Source: Lama guanicoe (Eukaryota). Taken from it: 64,000 nt of DNA. This document shows positions 44,172 through 56,879 of this stretch, in pieces. The position numbers and the translations under genes are program-made. Each line of letters starts with the position of its first letter. Within the stretch, counting starts at the first letter, position 1. The stretch lies in contig MU054117.1 of assembly GCA_013239625.1 (NCBI GenBank), positions 3,038,011-3,102,010 of the forward strand, read 5' to 3'. The notes below the pieces were generated by a model. It was not told the DNA's origin. It ran no database searches and saw only the letters and a program-made list of their open reading frames with translations.

Positions 44172-47100
44172 TTGCATGGCAACACAATATGTATAATCTG
44201 ATTCGGAGATCCTGGTGTCACATCTGGAACAAAACAAACTCACTCCTGACACCTTCCAGCATGCACAGCGTCGCTGAGACATCGAGGTCTCAAAGAAGCA
44301 AAGCCGCTCCCTAGCAGGGCGGAGGGCCATGTTCTGCCCTTGCCTGCCGGCTGGCCCTCCCCCTGCCCACCTCCCCACTTCCAGAATGGAAACTTCCAGG
44401 GGAAAAGAATTCTGAACAGCTGTGTGCGAGACCACACAGACTCCTCACATCTGCTAGCGCGCAGCCGGTGAGCTCATTTCCCCGGGGGCTGCTGTCTGAG
44501 TCTGTGGGGTCCGCTGAAGTGCACCTTGGGGGGGGGGGCGCGGGGCAGGGAGGAAGCGGCCCCAGGTGGAGGGAGGACGTTCTCACGTCGGGAGGCTCAC
44601 TGGAGGCAGGCGCCGGGTGACGGCCAGCGGACGCCCGCCTTGACGGAGGGAGCTTGCTTTCTAGAAAGTCCCTTTGTCCGCCGCGCTTGAAAGGCGGTAT
44701 TATCAAATTTACAATTGATCTTAAAAGGAACCTTCGCTCCCATCAAGCCCTCCCCCTTCCTCCAAAAAGTCAGAGTCAAGAAGCGACTGCTGATTGGAAA
44801 ATATCCCATAAAGGAGCACGGCCCTGGGTCACGACAGCTTTCTAGTGTTAAAATAATATTTTAATGCGTATTTTAATAATATTTTGGTGTGTTCCTATTG
44901 TTTGCAAAGAGCTTTCACTCAAGGCATCGCATCTGGTCCGCAGGCGGCCGTCCGGGCGAGGCGGCGGACAGCGCTCGCTTCCGCGTGGGGACCAGAGGAG
45001 GCAGCGATGAGCACGGTGACTGGGCAGCTCTCCCTGATTCTCCAACGAGGGGGCTGAGGCCCACGGAGGTCTCATGGATCGCCCAAGTTCACAAAACAGA
45101 ACAGAGGGCCTGGCACTTGCGTCCGACTTGTAAACCCATTCACTTTTCCTTCTGTGAAACTGCAAAGTCCCCTCTCACCAAACAGTAGCTTGCTGGTGAG
45201 CTAGCTTCTCCTCCTTCTCCCACGACTTGGGGCCGCAGCCTGGCAAACCTGGCCAAGCCCGGGAGTCTTGTGGTTACGATGCAGCCACTTTCCAAGTTGA
45301 GTCTGGGGTCCGCACCCTGGCAGAGCAGCCGGGGGAGGGGGGTCAGCCGTAGCATTCAGCCCCTCTGGAAGGCCCGTCCTCCCCCAGTGGACGTGTGGCC
45401 ATGGTACCGGAGCCCGGCGGACCAGGAGGCGGGAGAGCTGGGCGCCCAGGCCGCCCGCCGTCTCCTGCCGAGCCGCAGGGCACTGCCTGTCCCGGGCCTG
45501 GGCGTCCTCACTTGTAAAGCGAGGGGGCTTGGCCAGTGACCTCTCCCGGTGCTGTCAGCTCCCTGTCCACTGAGGTTTGATGGCGGACGGGGAGCTTGGG
45601 TGGAAAACCTCCCTGGAGGGAGCCTGTGCCTCTGAGACCCTTCCTTCCACACTCGTACTGCCGTCAGGCTGGACCTGGCCCGGCCCTGCCTGGCCTGGGG
45701 ACCCCTTTGTGCAGTTTCGGTGGAAGGTTGGGTGAGGGCGGGCGGAGGCCAGCAGGGGGGAGACCCACTGGGGTCTTTTTTTTCAGATGCATATGTCCCC
45801 TCTCAGGCAGCCCTTTCAGAGCCCTGGACAATGTGCTCTCTTTGTCCCTGGCTCTTTCAGCCGCCTGTTCATTCTCTTTGCATCTGCCGTCACACAGGAC
45901 ATCCCGGCTGGCAGGCGACCACGGGGACACATTGTGCTCCCTTAATGAAGCATGGGGCTGCTGATATGGGGGTGGCTGGGGGCCTGCAGGGGCGAGGGGT
46001 GAGCTGGGGCACCCCATCTTTCTACTCCAGGCTCCCCTGTGGGGAAAGGACAGTTGGCCCCTCTTTTACCTCCCACAGTTCAGATGGACATGCCCGTAAA
46101 GGAGGAACCAGGTCCACATCAGAGGCTCTGGAGAATGAGAGGCCGAGGGGTGCAGGAGGAAGACGGAGGGTGCAGGGTTCCCTTAAGGGAATGAGGCACA
46201 GGTGGGAGGGAGGTTGGGGGAAGGGGGATCAGCCAGGTGCACCTGGCCTCCATCCTCCCCGCAGAGAGTCCCTGCTGCATCCAACCCAGAGCAGGTGTGG
46301 CAGGACCCTGGGGGATCCCCTTTCGTCTTTGAACACCTGCTGTGCCCTCACTCGCCTGGGGTTCGTTTCTAAGGGGTGGGTTTTGGAGCCAGGAGGGTAA
46401 GGGAAGTGACCTTCTGGGGTCCCTGCAGGCTGTCCTGTCTTAGAGTTGGAGGTATCCTCCCTCCAGGTGCCGAAGGAAAGGAGGGACAGCTGCAGAGTCC
46501 ACATAAAGCGGCCGAGGGCCGGGCACCACGGCCACACATGCACGAGCAGCTGGGGGAGGTGGTGAGATTATGGGCGTCTTCTCCTCGCCCTGGATGTCCT
46601 TCAGGAACGTCCTCCCAGTGTGCCCCCCACCCCCAACAGCGAGGAAAACTGAAGTCAGCGGACTCCTGGAGGAGGAGAGGTTTAGCTCCCTGTGCGGCGT
46701 GTAGCCGCCGTCTGTGCCCTCCACACCACACTGGGAGGTGACGCCATCAAAGCTGCCAGCGGGCTGCACGGTGGGCGTGGCCCCAGCAGGGAGGGCAGCC
46801 CCAGTGGTTTCCAACGGGGCTACCTGTCCTTCGTCCCATGGGCTCTGCCGGTGGCTCTCAGGGTCAGCAGAAATCCCTTCCCCTCGAAAGACCCCCTTAC
46901 TCCAGGCCCCTTTCCTACTTGCTGGAGTCACCTTGCGGGACACCAGAATTCACTACGATGGTCTGACGTGTGCAGACGTCCTCCTGAATGTTCCCGCAGC
47001 TTCAGAGTTTGTCTCTCTGGCATGTTCCACATCCCCCTACCCAACCCAGTCCACCCCTCACTCCTCCGGGCCGGCCTGCCCGCCCACCACCCTAAAGAAA

Positions 47101-47869
47101 AAATCCTGGGCCATGTCCAACAAGGCCCCCTGTCCCCTTTAACAAGCAGAGTGTGCTGGCATTGCCATCGGTGGCCTTCTCCCTGAAGGTCGTTAATTAG
47201 TGCAGAATGTAGACTTCAGTTGCCTCGCCAGCTCCGATGAAAACGCAGCTGGCAGGTAGCCGAGACGGAGGAATTTGTCATAGGTTAGATCAGCCCCGGC
47301 TCTAAGAACCAAGTGTGCAGCTTATGCAAATAGTTTTGCTTAGCATGGATCCTGTGTTCCTCCCCCTCCCTGCTCCCCCCACAACTTTTTTTTTTTAACT
47401 GAAGGATGGGGAGGGAGTCAGGGAACAAGGAAAGGAGGCAGAGCAAGCACTTACTTGCCAGATCTCATTCTAAATCAGAAAGGAGCAAATTGCTTTCCCT
47501 AAAAAAGAAAAAGGCAGGGGGAAGAGAAGACAAAACACCCATCCCGGGGCTAATGCACCGAGCGTTTGAAAGCTGAATTGCTTGGTAAGAAAGGCTGGTC
47601 TGGGAGTGTATTTGGAGGGAGACTATTATCCCCATCAAAACCCACTCCCGCTCCCTGGGAGGCCTGCAGAGCGCCTGGGCGGGGCCTGGGGACATGGGGC
47701 TCTATTCCTCCCTCGGCCATGATGGTGTCACCTCCTCAACCCTGCTTCGCTTTGCCCAACTTTGGCAAATGCTGGTGCAAGCCTCAGTTAGCCGGAGCAT
47801 CCAGGCGTCCATAGGTCCCAGCAGAGAAGAGGGCTGTGGCGGCCACTCTCAGCACGTGTGCCCAGCAGA

Positions 47870-48010
47870 CAAGCCAGTTCCAAGCTGTGTGACTTGGGAT
47901 CCATTGTTTAACCTCTCTGAGCCTCAGCCCCTCATTTGCAAGAACAGGGATAGGATCCTCCCCTCATATTGAAGCAGTGCTGCTGGCATGTAGTAAAGGC
48001 CCCATTAATC
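47870..48010 (+). mobile_element. MIR SINE fragment
   Basis: 'agctgtgtgacttggg...tttaacctctctgagcctcagcccctcatttgcaagaacaggga'. Confidence 0.75.
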
Positions 48011-48242
48011 TCTAACGAGAATGAACAGAACAAGGTAACGAGACAGTAAGCAGTAAAATGAGCCATAAATAGTGAAATGTTGGCCCCTGATAATGGTGAA
48101 AAGACCAAAAATAATGATGATGATAATGATAATAATAATAATGAGAAAAGGTGAATATCAAGGCGTCAAGTGGGTCCAAACCTGGTTGCACTGAAGATGG
48201 GGGGTGGAGTGCGACTGGGGAGGAGGAGCTCAAGGCTAATCT

Positions 48243-48465
48243 AGGGGAGGTCTTCTCAGCCTCGGCCGCTGGCATCTGGGGCTGGGTGGGCCTTTGTTGC
48301 GGAGGGGGGGTGCAGAGAGCTGTTCTGCAGGATGTCGATGACAGGTGGTGTCCTCTACCAGCCAGATGCCTGGAGCAGCTTCCCCACCTGTGGCAACCGT
48401 AAGCACCTCCAGACATTGCCAAGTGTTCCCTGGAGGACAAACTTTGCCAGCCGAGAACCACCACT
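48243..48465 (-). mobile_element. MER20 (hAT-Charlie MITE), near full length
   Basis: 'ttctcagcctcggc...ctctaccagccagatgcc...ctccagacattgccaagtgttccctgga...gagaaccaccactg' is the reverse complement of the MER20 layout. Confidence 0.8.
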
Positions 48466-48649
48466 GCTGCAAGGGAAGTCCCTCCAGGCAAGCAGAGTAG
48501 GGAGCTGGTGAGTGCTGCGGACGCAGACGCGGGCAGTCACACTTCACCTGCTTCCTGGCGCGGTGGCAGAGACAGCCGTTCCCTGGTTAAGGACCACCGT
48601 GGAGGCCGAGGAGGATGTGGACCAGATTTGTGTGCACACCAAGATTGGT

Positions 48650-49300
48650 GTCGACTTCCAGTGTCTGGTCTGGCACAGAAAGAGCCTGGAAGTCATCACC
48701 CCAGCCTGACAAGTGAAGAGCTGAACAAACTGAAAATCGACGGATCTTCTTAGATCCACCAGAGATGTGCAGTCGTGAGGCAAAGCGCTGCCCCGCGAAG
48801 TGGACAGACAGACACGCGGGCACAGGAGATCACAGCTCGTGGGAGGAGAAACCCCCGCCCCAGCCAGGCTAGGAGAGCTGTAGCTGGCAGATTGCTGGCG
48901 GCTCAGGATGGACAAGCCTGAGAGTTTCGACGCGAGGGGGACCCCCACGCTGTTGTCAGTTCTTCCTCCAGGATCTCGACCAGGTTGTGACAGGGATTAT
49001 TGGAGGAAAAAATGCTTCCAGCAGGGGAGGGGGAAAGGAGGAGCGGTCTGTCCTTCTTAACAAGACCTGCTGTCAAGAGAAACTATTTTAGCAGAATCTA
49101 GCCTACCGACAGTGGGGGCCGACTGGGGGGGAAGGGAGATACCTGCCGACACCCCCCTGTAGCCTTCCGTGGGGGGAAGGAGAGGGCGCGTTCCAGCCCA
49201 CTGTGGGTGCCGTATCCCACCTGAGGCGTGGCGTGCAGGACTGGGGGGCCCTCGTGAGCTCACACTGCACGGACACAGGCTCACTAAAGGACTGACACCT
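48650..49300 (+). mobile_element. Isolated 5' end / 5'UTR of an old L1M-type element
   Basis: 'gacttccagtgtctggtctggcacagaaagagcctggaagtcatcaccc...agctgaacaaactgaaaatcgacggatcttcttagatccaccagag...ggcaaagcgctgcccc' matches recalled L1M 5'-end consensus phrasing. No ORF1 follows. Confidence 0.6.
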
Positions 49301-51384
49301 GTGGCAGGTGGGTTCGTGGATTCTTCATCATCCCTTTAGCAGTATTATTTATCTTGATGCTCAAATTGTTCTAGATTCTGTACAACCTTCTTTAATATCC
49401 CATGAGAAGAGAAGGCTGAATGTCATCTGCTTGTAAATACGCAAAGTTATTTTTAAGGGTGATGTTTAAACTGGTAACCGAATGTTGAACCACTGCCTAA
49501 AATTCACCGAGGAAAGAGACGCCACGGTTGAGTACCCAAGCCTTAAGAGAAAAGACTGAATGCTTTGAACCTGAGTATTTGTGTGGGGCGGAGAGAAAAC
49601 AGCCGTGGGAAGGGGGGGACCCTTGAGGACCGCGAAGTCCGTGAACTGTGGAAACCTCTCTGATACGATGGGAGGTTTCAGTTTCCTGTTTCGCTCAGGT
49701 TGTAGCTGAAGGTTATTTACTTAACCTTTCCCGTGAGGTGAGTCTGACCAGCCAGGCAGCTCTTGCGCTCTCTTCTTTACTGTGATGGAATCCAGCTGGC
49801 TTAACTTCCCCCCCGGTTCTTCCGCCACACCTTCCCCCAGCTAGCAGGAAACAGAGCCCCCGGCTATCACGGCGACTCTGAATGAATTACTTGGGAATAG
49901 TTTCCTCAAGCGTGTGGAATGGCATTTGCAACTTCTGGGGCTGGTTCATGGGAAAAATACACACAGAGCTCCCTGGTAGGAGAACCCAAGTGTAACTGAC
50001 AGGGTTGCGGACTCTACGCCTCTGGTGCCGGGCGGGGCTTGAGAGGGCCACTCACCGCCCATCCTCATTCCACACCAACCTGTAGGTAAACCTAGGTATG
50101 CATTGGTTCAGGCTGGCCAGGAACTGTTCTCTTCTTAAACTGGGCTCCACTAGGGAACTAACAGAATGCCTGAAAATCACTTGCGAAAAGACTCATGCCT
50201 CTGCCAAAACCCAGTTATCTAAGGGGGTTTAACATCTTTGGACGGGGGAGAGGACAACGGCTCATAGGTGCCTGGGGAACTTGCATCTTCTGGACTCTGG
50301 ACAGAATGGAGAGGTGGGGCCACGGAGGGAGCAGCCTCGTTCTCTTAGTCACCCTTGGAGACTCAGCTCAGCGGCCAGGCACCACGGGAGACATGTGCTT
50401 TGAGGGGCCAAGGAGCCTGCATGTCCCTGGTTGCATTTAGACGCTCCTCTGAAACGCTAATGAAGGACGGGTTTCAGGATGGCTCACAAAGTTCTCAGAC
50501 TTAGTAACGTCCCACTCCCTCTGAAGGCCAGAGACAGCGGCACTAGACAAACGGCTCAAAGGACGCAGAGAGGAATCGTCTCCTTAGCTGAAAGACTTCC
50601 AGGGAAGGACAGCTTCAAGCTCTCCTCGATGCGATAATCCCCCTGCCCAGTGTTCCGGCAGTCGACGTGCTGGCTCCATCCACTGGACGTCTCGCTGGCT
50701 GATTTTAACATAATTTCCAGCTCATCGCCCTTCTCAAAGTAAACATCCAAATGCTCCTTTTGCTTTCGTGTTATCCCTCTCTTCTTGGATTAAGAAGAAA
50801 AGGTGAAAAGGAAACTGAGGGGTAGGAAGGACACGGAGACTGATACGGAGCTCTGCTAGCGAGGGCTGGGCTGCTTGGCTGTCACAGCATTTAGTCCCCA
50901 CCACACGTGAGGTACAGCCGAGGAAGCTGAGACCTGGAGGAGGCAGGTGATTTGCCGGAGCGCTGAGACCCAGCCTTCGTGCACTCTTCTGAGCGATCTC
51001 CGACGAGTCAGAGGGATGGCTTATGGCCATCACTTGGCTGTAGGTTTTCCAGACGACTTTCAGCAAATCATGTGATTTCTCTGAACCTGTTTTCTCAACA
51101 ATAAAATAGGGATTTGTTTGTATGTATACAAACATATATATATACAGAGAGAGAGAGATGAATATCCACATGGATATCCATATATACCCATATATTTGTG
51201 TGTGTGTGTGTGTGTTTCCCATATATATATCCCTGCTAGAAAGGATTTGCAGAGCCCCCGCTCCCTAATTGACCCACTCCAATTTGTCTTCTCTCATCAC
51301 TCCAGGAAAGAGCTTTCACTCAAGTCATTAGTGACCTCCATGCTGCTAGTTCCAACGGATATTTACAGTCCTTATTTATTCCTT

Positions 51385-52958
51385 ATATTAGTTTCATGCA
51401 GCACGGTGATTTGACATTTGTACCTACGGCAGAATGGCCACCACAAGGTGTCTAGTTAATATCCATCACAGCACACAGTTGCAAACGTTTTTCCCTTTTG
51501 AAAAAAATCTGTAAGATTTACTCTCCTAACAGCTTGCAGATGTACAGTACAGTACTGTTAACCGTAGTGACCATGCTGTATATTATGTTCCCAAGACTTA
51601 CTTATATTGTCACTAGAAGTTTGTACCTTTTGACCCACTTCACCCATTTTGCCCACCCTCACCTCCCCCCCACCTCTGGCTGCCATCAATCTGTTATCTG
51701 TATGTAATAGTTCAGGTTTTGGTGTTTTTGTTTTTGTTTCATAGATTCCACATATTAGAGATCACACGGTTATTTGTTTTTCTCTGTCTGACTTATTTCA
51801 CTTAGCATGATGCCCTCAGGGTCCACCCATGTTGTCACAAATAGCAAGGTTTCCTTCTTTTTTACAGCTAAATAATATTCCATTGAATATAAATAGCACA
51901 TCTTCTTTAACCACTCATCCATCAGTGGACACTTAGGTTGCTTCCATGCCTTGGCTACTGTAAATAATACTGCAAAGAATGCAGGGGATGCATTTATCTT
52001 TCTAAGTTAGTGCCTTCATTTCCTTTGACTAAATACCCAGTGGTAGAATTACTAGATCTTATAGTAATTCTATTTCAAATTTTTGGAGGAATCTCCATAC
52101 TGTTTTCTGTAGTGGCTGCACCAATTTACATGCCCATCAATAGTGCATAAGGGTTCCCTTTTCACCACATCCTCGCCAACACCTGTTATTTATTTATTTT
52201 TTTGATAGTTATGAGTTGATACCTCCTTGTGGTTTTGATTTGCATTTCCCTAATGATGAGTGACGCTGAGCACACTTTCGTGTACTTGTTGGCCATCTGT
52301 GTGTCTTCTTTGGGAAAATGTCTATTCAGATACTCTGCTCTTTTTATAAAAATCAGATTGCTTGGGTTTTTTTTGTTTGTTTGTGTGTTTGTTTTGCTAT
52401 TGAGCTGTACCAGTTTTTTATATTTTGGATATTTACCCTTTATCAGATACATGATTTACAAATATTTTATCCTCCTCAGTAAGTTGCCTTCTCACTATGT
52501 TGATGGTTTCCTTTGCTGTGCGGAACCTTTTTAGTTTGATGTTGCCCTTCTTACTTGTTTTTGCTCTTGTTGCCTTTGCTTTAGTTGTCAAATTCAAAGA
52601 CTCGTTACCAAGACCAACGTCTAGGAACTTCCTATGTTTTCTCCTGGAAGTTTTTATAATTTCAGGTCTTATATTCAAGTCCGTAATCCTTCTTGAGTTA
52701 GTTTTTGTGTTTTTGTGTGTGGTGTGAGATGGCGGTCCAGTCTGACTCTTTTGCACATTGTTGTACTGTTTCCCCAGCACTGTTTGTTGAAGAGACTCTT
52801 CTTTCTCCATTGTATATTCTTGGCTCCTTGTCAAAAATTAATTGACCATGTATGCATAGATTTACTTCCCGGGTTCTCTGTTCTTTTCCAATGATTTATG
52901 TGTTTGTTTTTATGCCAATACCATACTGTTTTGATTACTATAAGTTTGTAATTTAGTT
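51385..52958 (-). mobile_element. About 1.6-kb 5'-truncated L1 (ORF2 C-terminal part plus 3'UTR), non-intact, inserted into an L2
   Basis: Decayed ORF2 peptides ([16 protein letters not shown]...[35 protein letters not shown]) in different frames. L2-like sequence on both sides. Confidence 0.92.
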
Positions 52959-52969
52959 TCAATGAATAG

Positions 52970-53590
52970 ACGCATCATCCACGCAGTTTTACAAGTCAGA
53001 AACTAGGGGTCATCCTTGGTGAATCATCACCTTCCCTCCATATCTAATCTGTCACCAAGTTCTCAGTATCCTCCTCAAGTCCATCGTCACAACCCAAGCC
53101 GACTAACAGAGCCTCTCACCTGGACTACTGCTGATCTTCCAGATCACCCTTGTCCCCTCCAATCTGTTCTCCATGCTGCAGCCAGAGTGATCTTTATGAA
53201 CTTGAATCTGATAATGTCACACTTCCTGCTTAAAAATCTTTGGTAGCTTTCCTTGCTCTCATTGCAAAACCCTTAATCCTTAACATGACCCATAAAGCTT
53301 ACCAGGTCTTCCCTGCTAACTTCTCTGCTCATCATGCCCCCTGATTCTCCTCGTTCTGTGGGATCCAGCTACAACAACCTTCCTTCAGGTCTCTGAATCT
53401 GCTGTGAGCCCACCCTCCCACAGGGCCTTTGCACATGCTGTTCCTACAGCCTGGACCACTCCTCTCTCTTCATCTAGGCAAACTCTACCTTTATTTTTAT
53501 TTTTTAGAGTTCATCTCAGCCATAACTTCCTCAGGGAAGCCTTCTGTGACCTCCTAGGCCCAGCTGAATGTCCTTGGTATAAGTTTTCAT
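52970..53590 (+). mobile_element. L2 LINE fragment (continues 51270-51375 on the other side of the L1)
   Basis: 'aagtcagaaactaggggtcatccttg...tctcacctggactactgc...caatctgttctccatgctgcagccagagtgatcttt...cacagggcctttgcacatgctgttcct...ttcctcagggaagccttc'. Confidence 0.85.
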
Positions 53591-53600
53591 AGCATTAATG

Positions 53601-54160
53601 ACAGGAGAAATTCCTTTAACCAACATTCACTTAACCGGCTTTCAGATTCACTGCTACTTTGTACCTCTCTGACTGGTGCCCATGGACTCCGCATGCAGGA
53701 AGCCTGTAGGCCGCTCTTGAACGTGACTGAATGTCTCTACTTCTCTCTTGTTTAGTGTTTGCTCATCAAGAGCCATTTGTATCTGTTCCCAAATTGATTC
53801 ATACTAGTCGTGCATGCCATTGTGATCTACATAATTGAATTAAATATTATATAAGCCAACGAAATGTGAGTACAAAAAGGTATCCATTTAGAAGAGAATG
53901 AAACTGAATAATTCGGAAAGCCTTGGTAAAGGTCAGGCACTAAAACTTGCTTAGGAGTGAGTCAAACAATTGTAAAAGATTGAGAAAGGATTATAAAACA
54001 ATACAATTCTGCAGTAAGATTTCTTTTCAACTGTGTCTTTAACTTCTCCCTCCCCTTTCAAGAAATGAAAACAGGAAATCATAAATGATACTCTGAGGGT
54101 GTGTTTTATACAAGAAAGATGACAGAGAAAAAGCGCTGGCTCTGCATCAAAAGATCCATG
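53601..54160 (+). mobile_element. Tigger/pogo DNA transposon fossil (5' end plus transposase HTH-psq / CENP-B-type HTH remnant)
   Basis: Frameshifted peptides MKLNNSESLGKGQALKLA, LGVSQTIVKD*, FCSKI, EIINDTLRVCFIQER and EKALALHQKI match the Tigger/jerky-type N-terminus (GVG.TTVKDW; D.ALW.WF.QER; EKAL.L). Confidence 0.75.
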
Positions 54161-54294
54161 CAGGGGTGTGTGTGTGTACACGTGTATGTCTTTTATGTTA
54201 AAGTACATATTTGTGGCATGTATCTTTTCTCCTGATTCCTTCTTCCAGATCAAAACCTTTATTTATACAGGTAGTAACACTGGAACGTTTCCAT

Positions 54295-54452
54295 CAGGAC
54301 TCATCACAGAATTCGCAGAGCCCAGTGCAAGTGGGATGAGGGCTCCTTGTCCAAAATGTATTAGGAATTTCAAGATGGTGACAGAAGAGCTTGCAACCAA
54401 GTGCAGGGCCCCGCGATCCTGCACGGCTCACGTGTCCATGAAACCAGCTCTG
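54295..54452 (-). mobile_element. MER45A (hAT-Tip100 MITE)
   Basis: 'caggac...gcccagtgcaa...ccttgtccaaaatgtattaggaatttcaagatggtgacag...ccatgaaaccagctctg'. 8-bp hAT-type TSD GTTTCCAT 54287-54294 and GTTCCCAC 54453-54460. Confidence 0.8.
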
Positions 54453-54496
54453 GTTCCCACCTCCTGGCACAGAACTTGGCACGAAGTCAATGACTC

Positions 54497-54735
54497 CTTC
54501 ACTCAATAGATATTTATTGGAGACTCCACTGTGCCAGGCACTGCTCTAGACTTTGGAAAAACAACGCAGAACAATGGAGAAAAAAAATCCTTGCCCACAT
54601 GGAGCTTGATTTTCATTGGCAGTGCTAGGGAGTCGGGGGGATACATAATGAACAACAAAGAAATAAAATACGTGGCGTGTTAGAAGTTAAGTGCTATGGA
54701 CGTAAATAAAGGGCAGAGGACTAGGGAGCGTGAGG
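54497..54735 (-). mobile_element. L2 3' end
   Basis: 'ttcactcaatagatatttattggagactccactgtgccaggcactgctctaga...ccttgcccacatggagctt'. Confidence 0.75.
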
Positions 54736-56479
54736 GGTAATGAGTATTTGTTGAGTAAATGCCATGAACGTCTAGCCAAAACTCTAAGGAGGATAAAATG
54801 GCAAAATATAATCAGAAATGGAAAAAAACTGACCCACGGAAAATAAGAATATCAGCAAGAATCAAAACCCAGAAAAAACAGACTCAGTGATGTCTGGGCT
54901 ACAGATCTGATTCTGAGCTTCCTGGCAGCCAAAGCAAAGAATGAGTTATGACCAATCACATTATTCTTATTATCAGAAACGAGGAAGCAAACCAATGCCC
55001 CAGGGATAAAAACAGAGGCTGCCTCTCACTTCCTTGCAGACGCAAACGAGACTGCAGCTGTGAAAACCACCTAAAGAAACATGGATATGCCGGGGGGCGT
55101 AGTATTAGAATTCGTTCACAGGATGAAAGAGGAAACTTTTCACTGCAGCATCTTTGTTTCTCCTGGAAGGGTGCTAAGTAAATGCAGCTTTGCAGGAGAG
55201 GAAACTTTCAAATCGACTCACGTTTTGAAGTTGGGATCCAGCCATCACTTCAGCCTACAAACCTTCTAACTAGTCTGTACCGGTTTCACCAACCTCCCTT
55301 CCTGACCTTCTCAGGAGGAAGGAGGCGCCAGGCGGTCAGACATTAAAGATGTCCTAGGTCTCCGTCCTCCCCCCTCCCACATCCCCGCCCCTCCTGGATG
55401 GAGGGTGGAGCTGCCAGCACCTCGTCCTCTGCTCCTCCCTCGTTACCCCGAGGCCCCGAGTGGGTCCATCGTCAGGGACATGGGCGTGACTTGTCCACAG
55501 ACAGACCTGGAGCCCTGACACTGGTTGCTAAGAGCAGAGACAAGGAGCCACCTCGGTCCTCGCCTTCCTGCCCCTTTAGTCTTGCCTTCCTCTCGTCCTT
55601 CTCCCTGTGGTCCCTTCTCACCACCATTTAATTAGACAAAGTCCCACGCCCTGTAAGATTCACAGAGACAGACGCTTCAGCAGGACATGCGACCTGAGAG
55701 GAGGTGACAATAGCAGGCCAGTGGCTCTGTCTTTGTCTTTGTGCCTGTCTTCCTGCATCTGTGTCTGTGTGTCTCTCTCCCACACGTGGACAAACCAAAT
55801 AAAGACCTGCATGTGCATCAGAGAGAGAATCTGACGAGAAACAAACAAGAAGGACCAGCTACCTTGGCTCAGAGACTGTCTTTTATCTCGATGGAAAAGA
55901 CAAAACCGAAAAACCTCGTTTGGTCAGAAGCGTCTTGGGACCCTGAAAGGGGCTCAGGGAAGTTCATTTCATGACTATTTTAAGCAGTAAGCCTCCAGCT
56001 TCTCTCGGCCACCTGTCTGAGGCTCGTCCGATACCAAACATCAGCCCACAGAGACCAGCCACAGCCAGAGAGAAGAATATCTGAGCGTTTCCACCCAACA
56101 TGTTGCCAGACTATGAACCTGCTGCTGTTGGAAGTTCCCCATAAAATGCAAAGAGAGCATCCCCACCAGCCACTGTCGCTGGCGTTAACAACTGACACCG
56201 GCCCCTTCACGGGTACCCTCCGAGGCATCAGAGAGACACCTCTCATGAGAGGAGAGCTCACTGCAGGATTTCTATTTGGGGCCCATGCTAGTCAGTGTAA
56301 CTGTTGACACGGTCTCGGGTCTGGGACCAGCTCAAGCTGCACAGCGACTGTTTGAAGTGCAGCTTAAATGTGGTCTTTGAAGCTCTGAGCTGTGGTGCGT
56401 GTGGTCGTGTCTGTCTGTCTCTTTCTCTGCCGTGGCGGAATTGTCAACTGTTCCTCCGTGGCTTACATAACATCTATGT

Positions 56480-56684
56480 GAGCAAGGCAGGGACCTGGGG
56501 GCTTGGGGTCCGGCCCCCCACCGCGTCGTGGGTGGAGCCCCCGGCACTGAGGGAGACCGGCATCGCTGGCATTGACCTGCTAGATGCTGGCAGATCTGCC
56601 TGTGGTTGTGACAAACAAAGACGTCTCCAGATGTTGTCAAATGTCCCCTTGAGGGCCCCGTAGTCCCCAGCCAAGGACCACTGC
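56480..56684 (-). mobile_element. MER20 (diverged copy)
   Basis: 'ctagatgctggcag...gttgtgacaaacaaagacgtctccagatgttgtcaaatgtcccct...ggaccactg'. Confidence 0.7.
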
Positions 56685-56879
56685 TCCCAGGACTTCTTAA
56701 CTACATCCCTCAAGTTTTGTTAAGTAGGATTTTAAATTTTGTTCTAAATATTTGTTCACTTATATAATGATTTTTAATTTACCTATACATTAATTTGAAT
56801 GGTTTTAAATTCTAAATGTTTATTTTATATAATTTTAGACTATATATTTTATACATATTTTTAGATAAATATTTTTTTC

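Noticed and set aside
45720..47186. Several overlapping 120-226 aa ORFs
   Set aside because: GC-rich stop depletion on both strands, with no homology or exon structure recognised.
52186..52834. Possible intact L1 ORF2
   Set aside because: 5'-truncated and broken across frames, so not functional.
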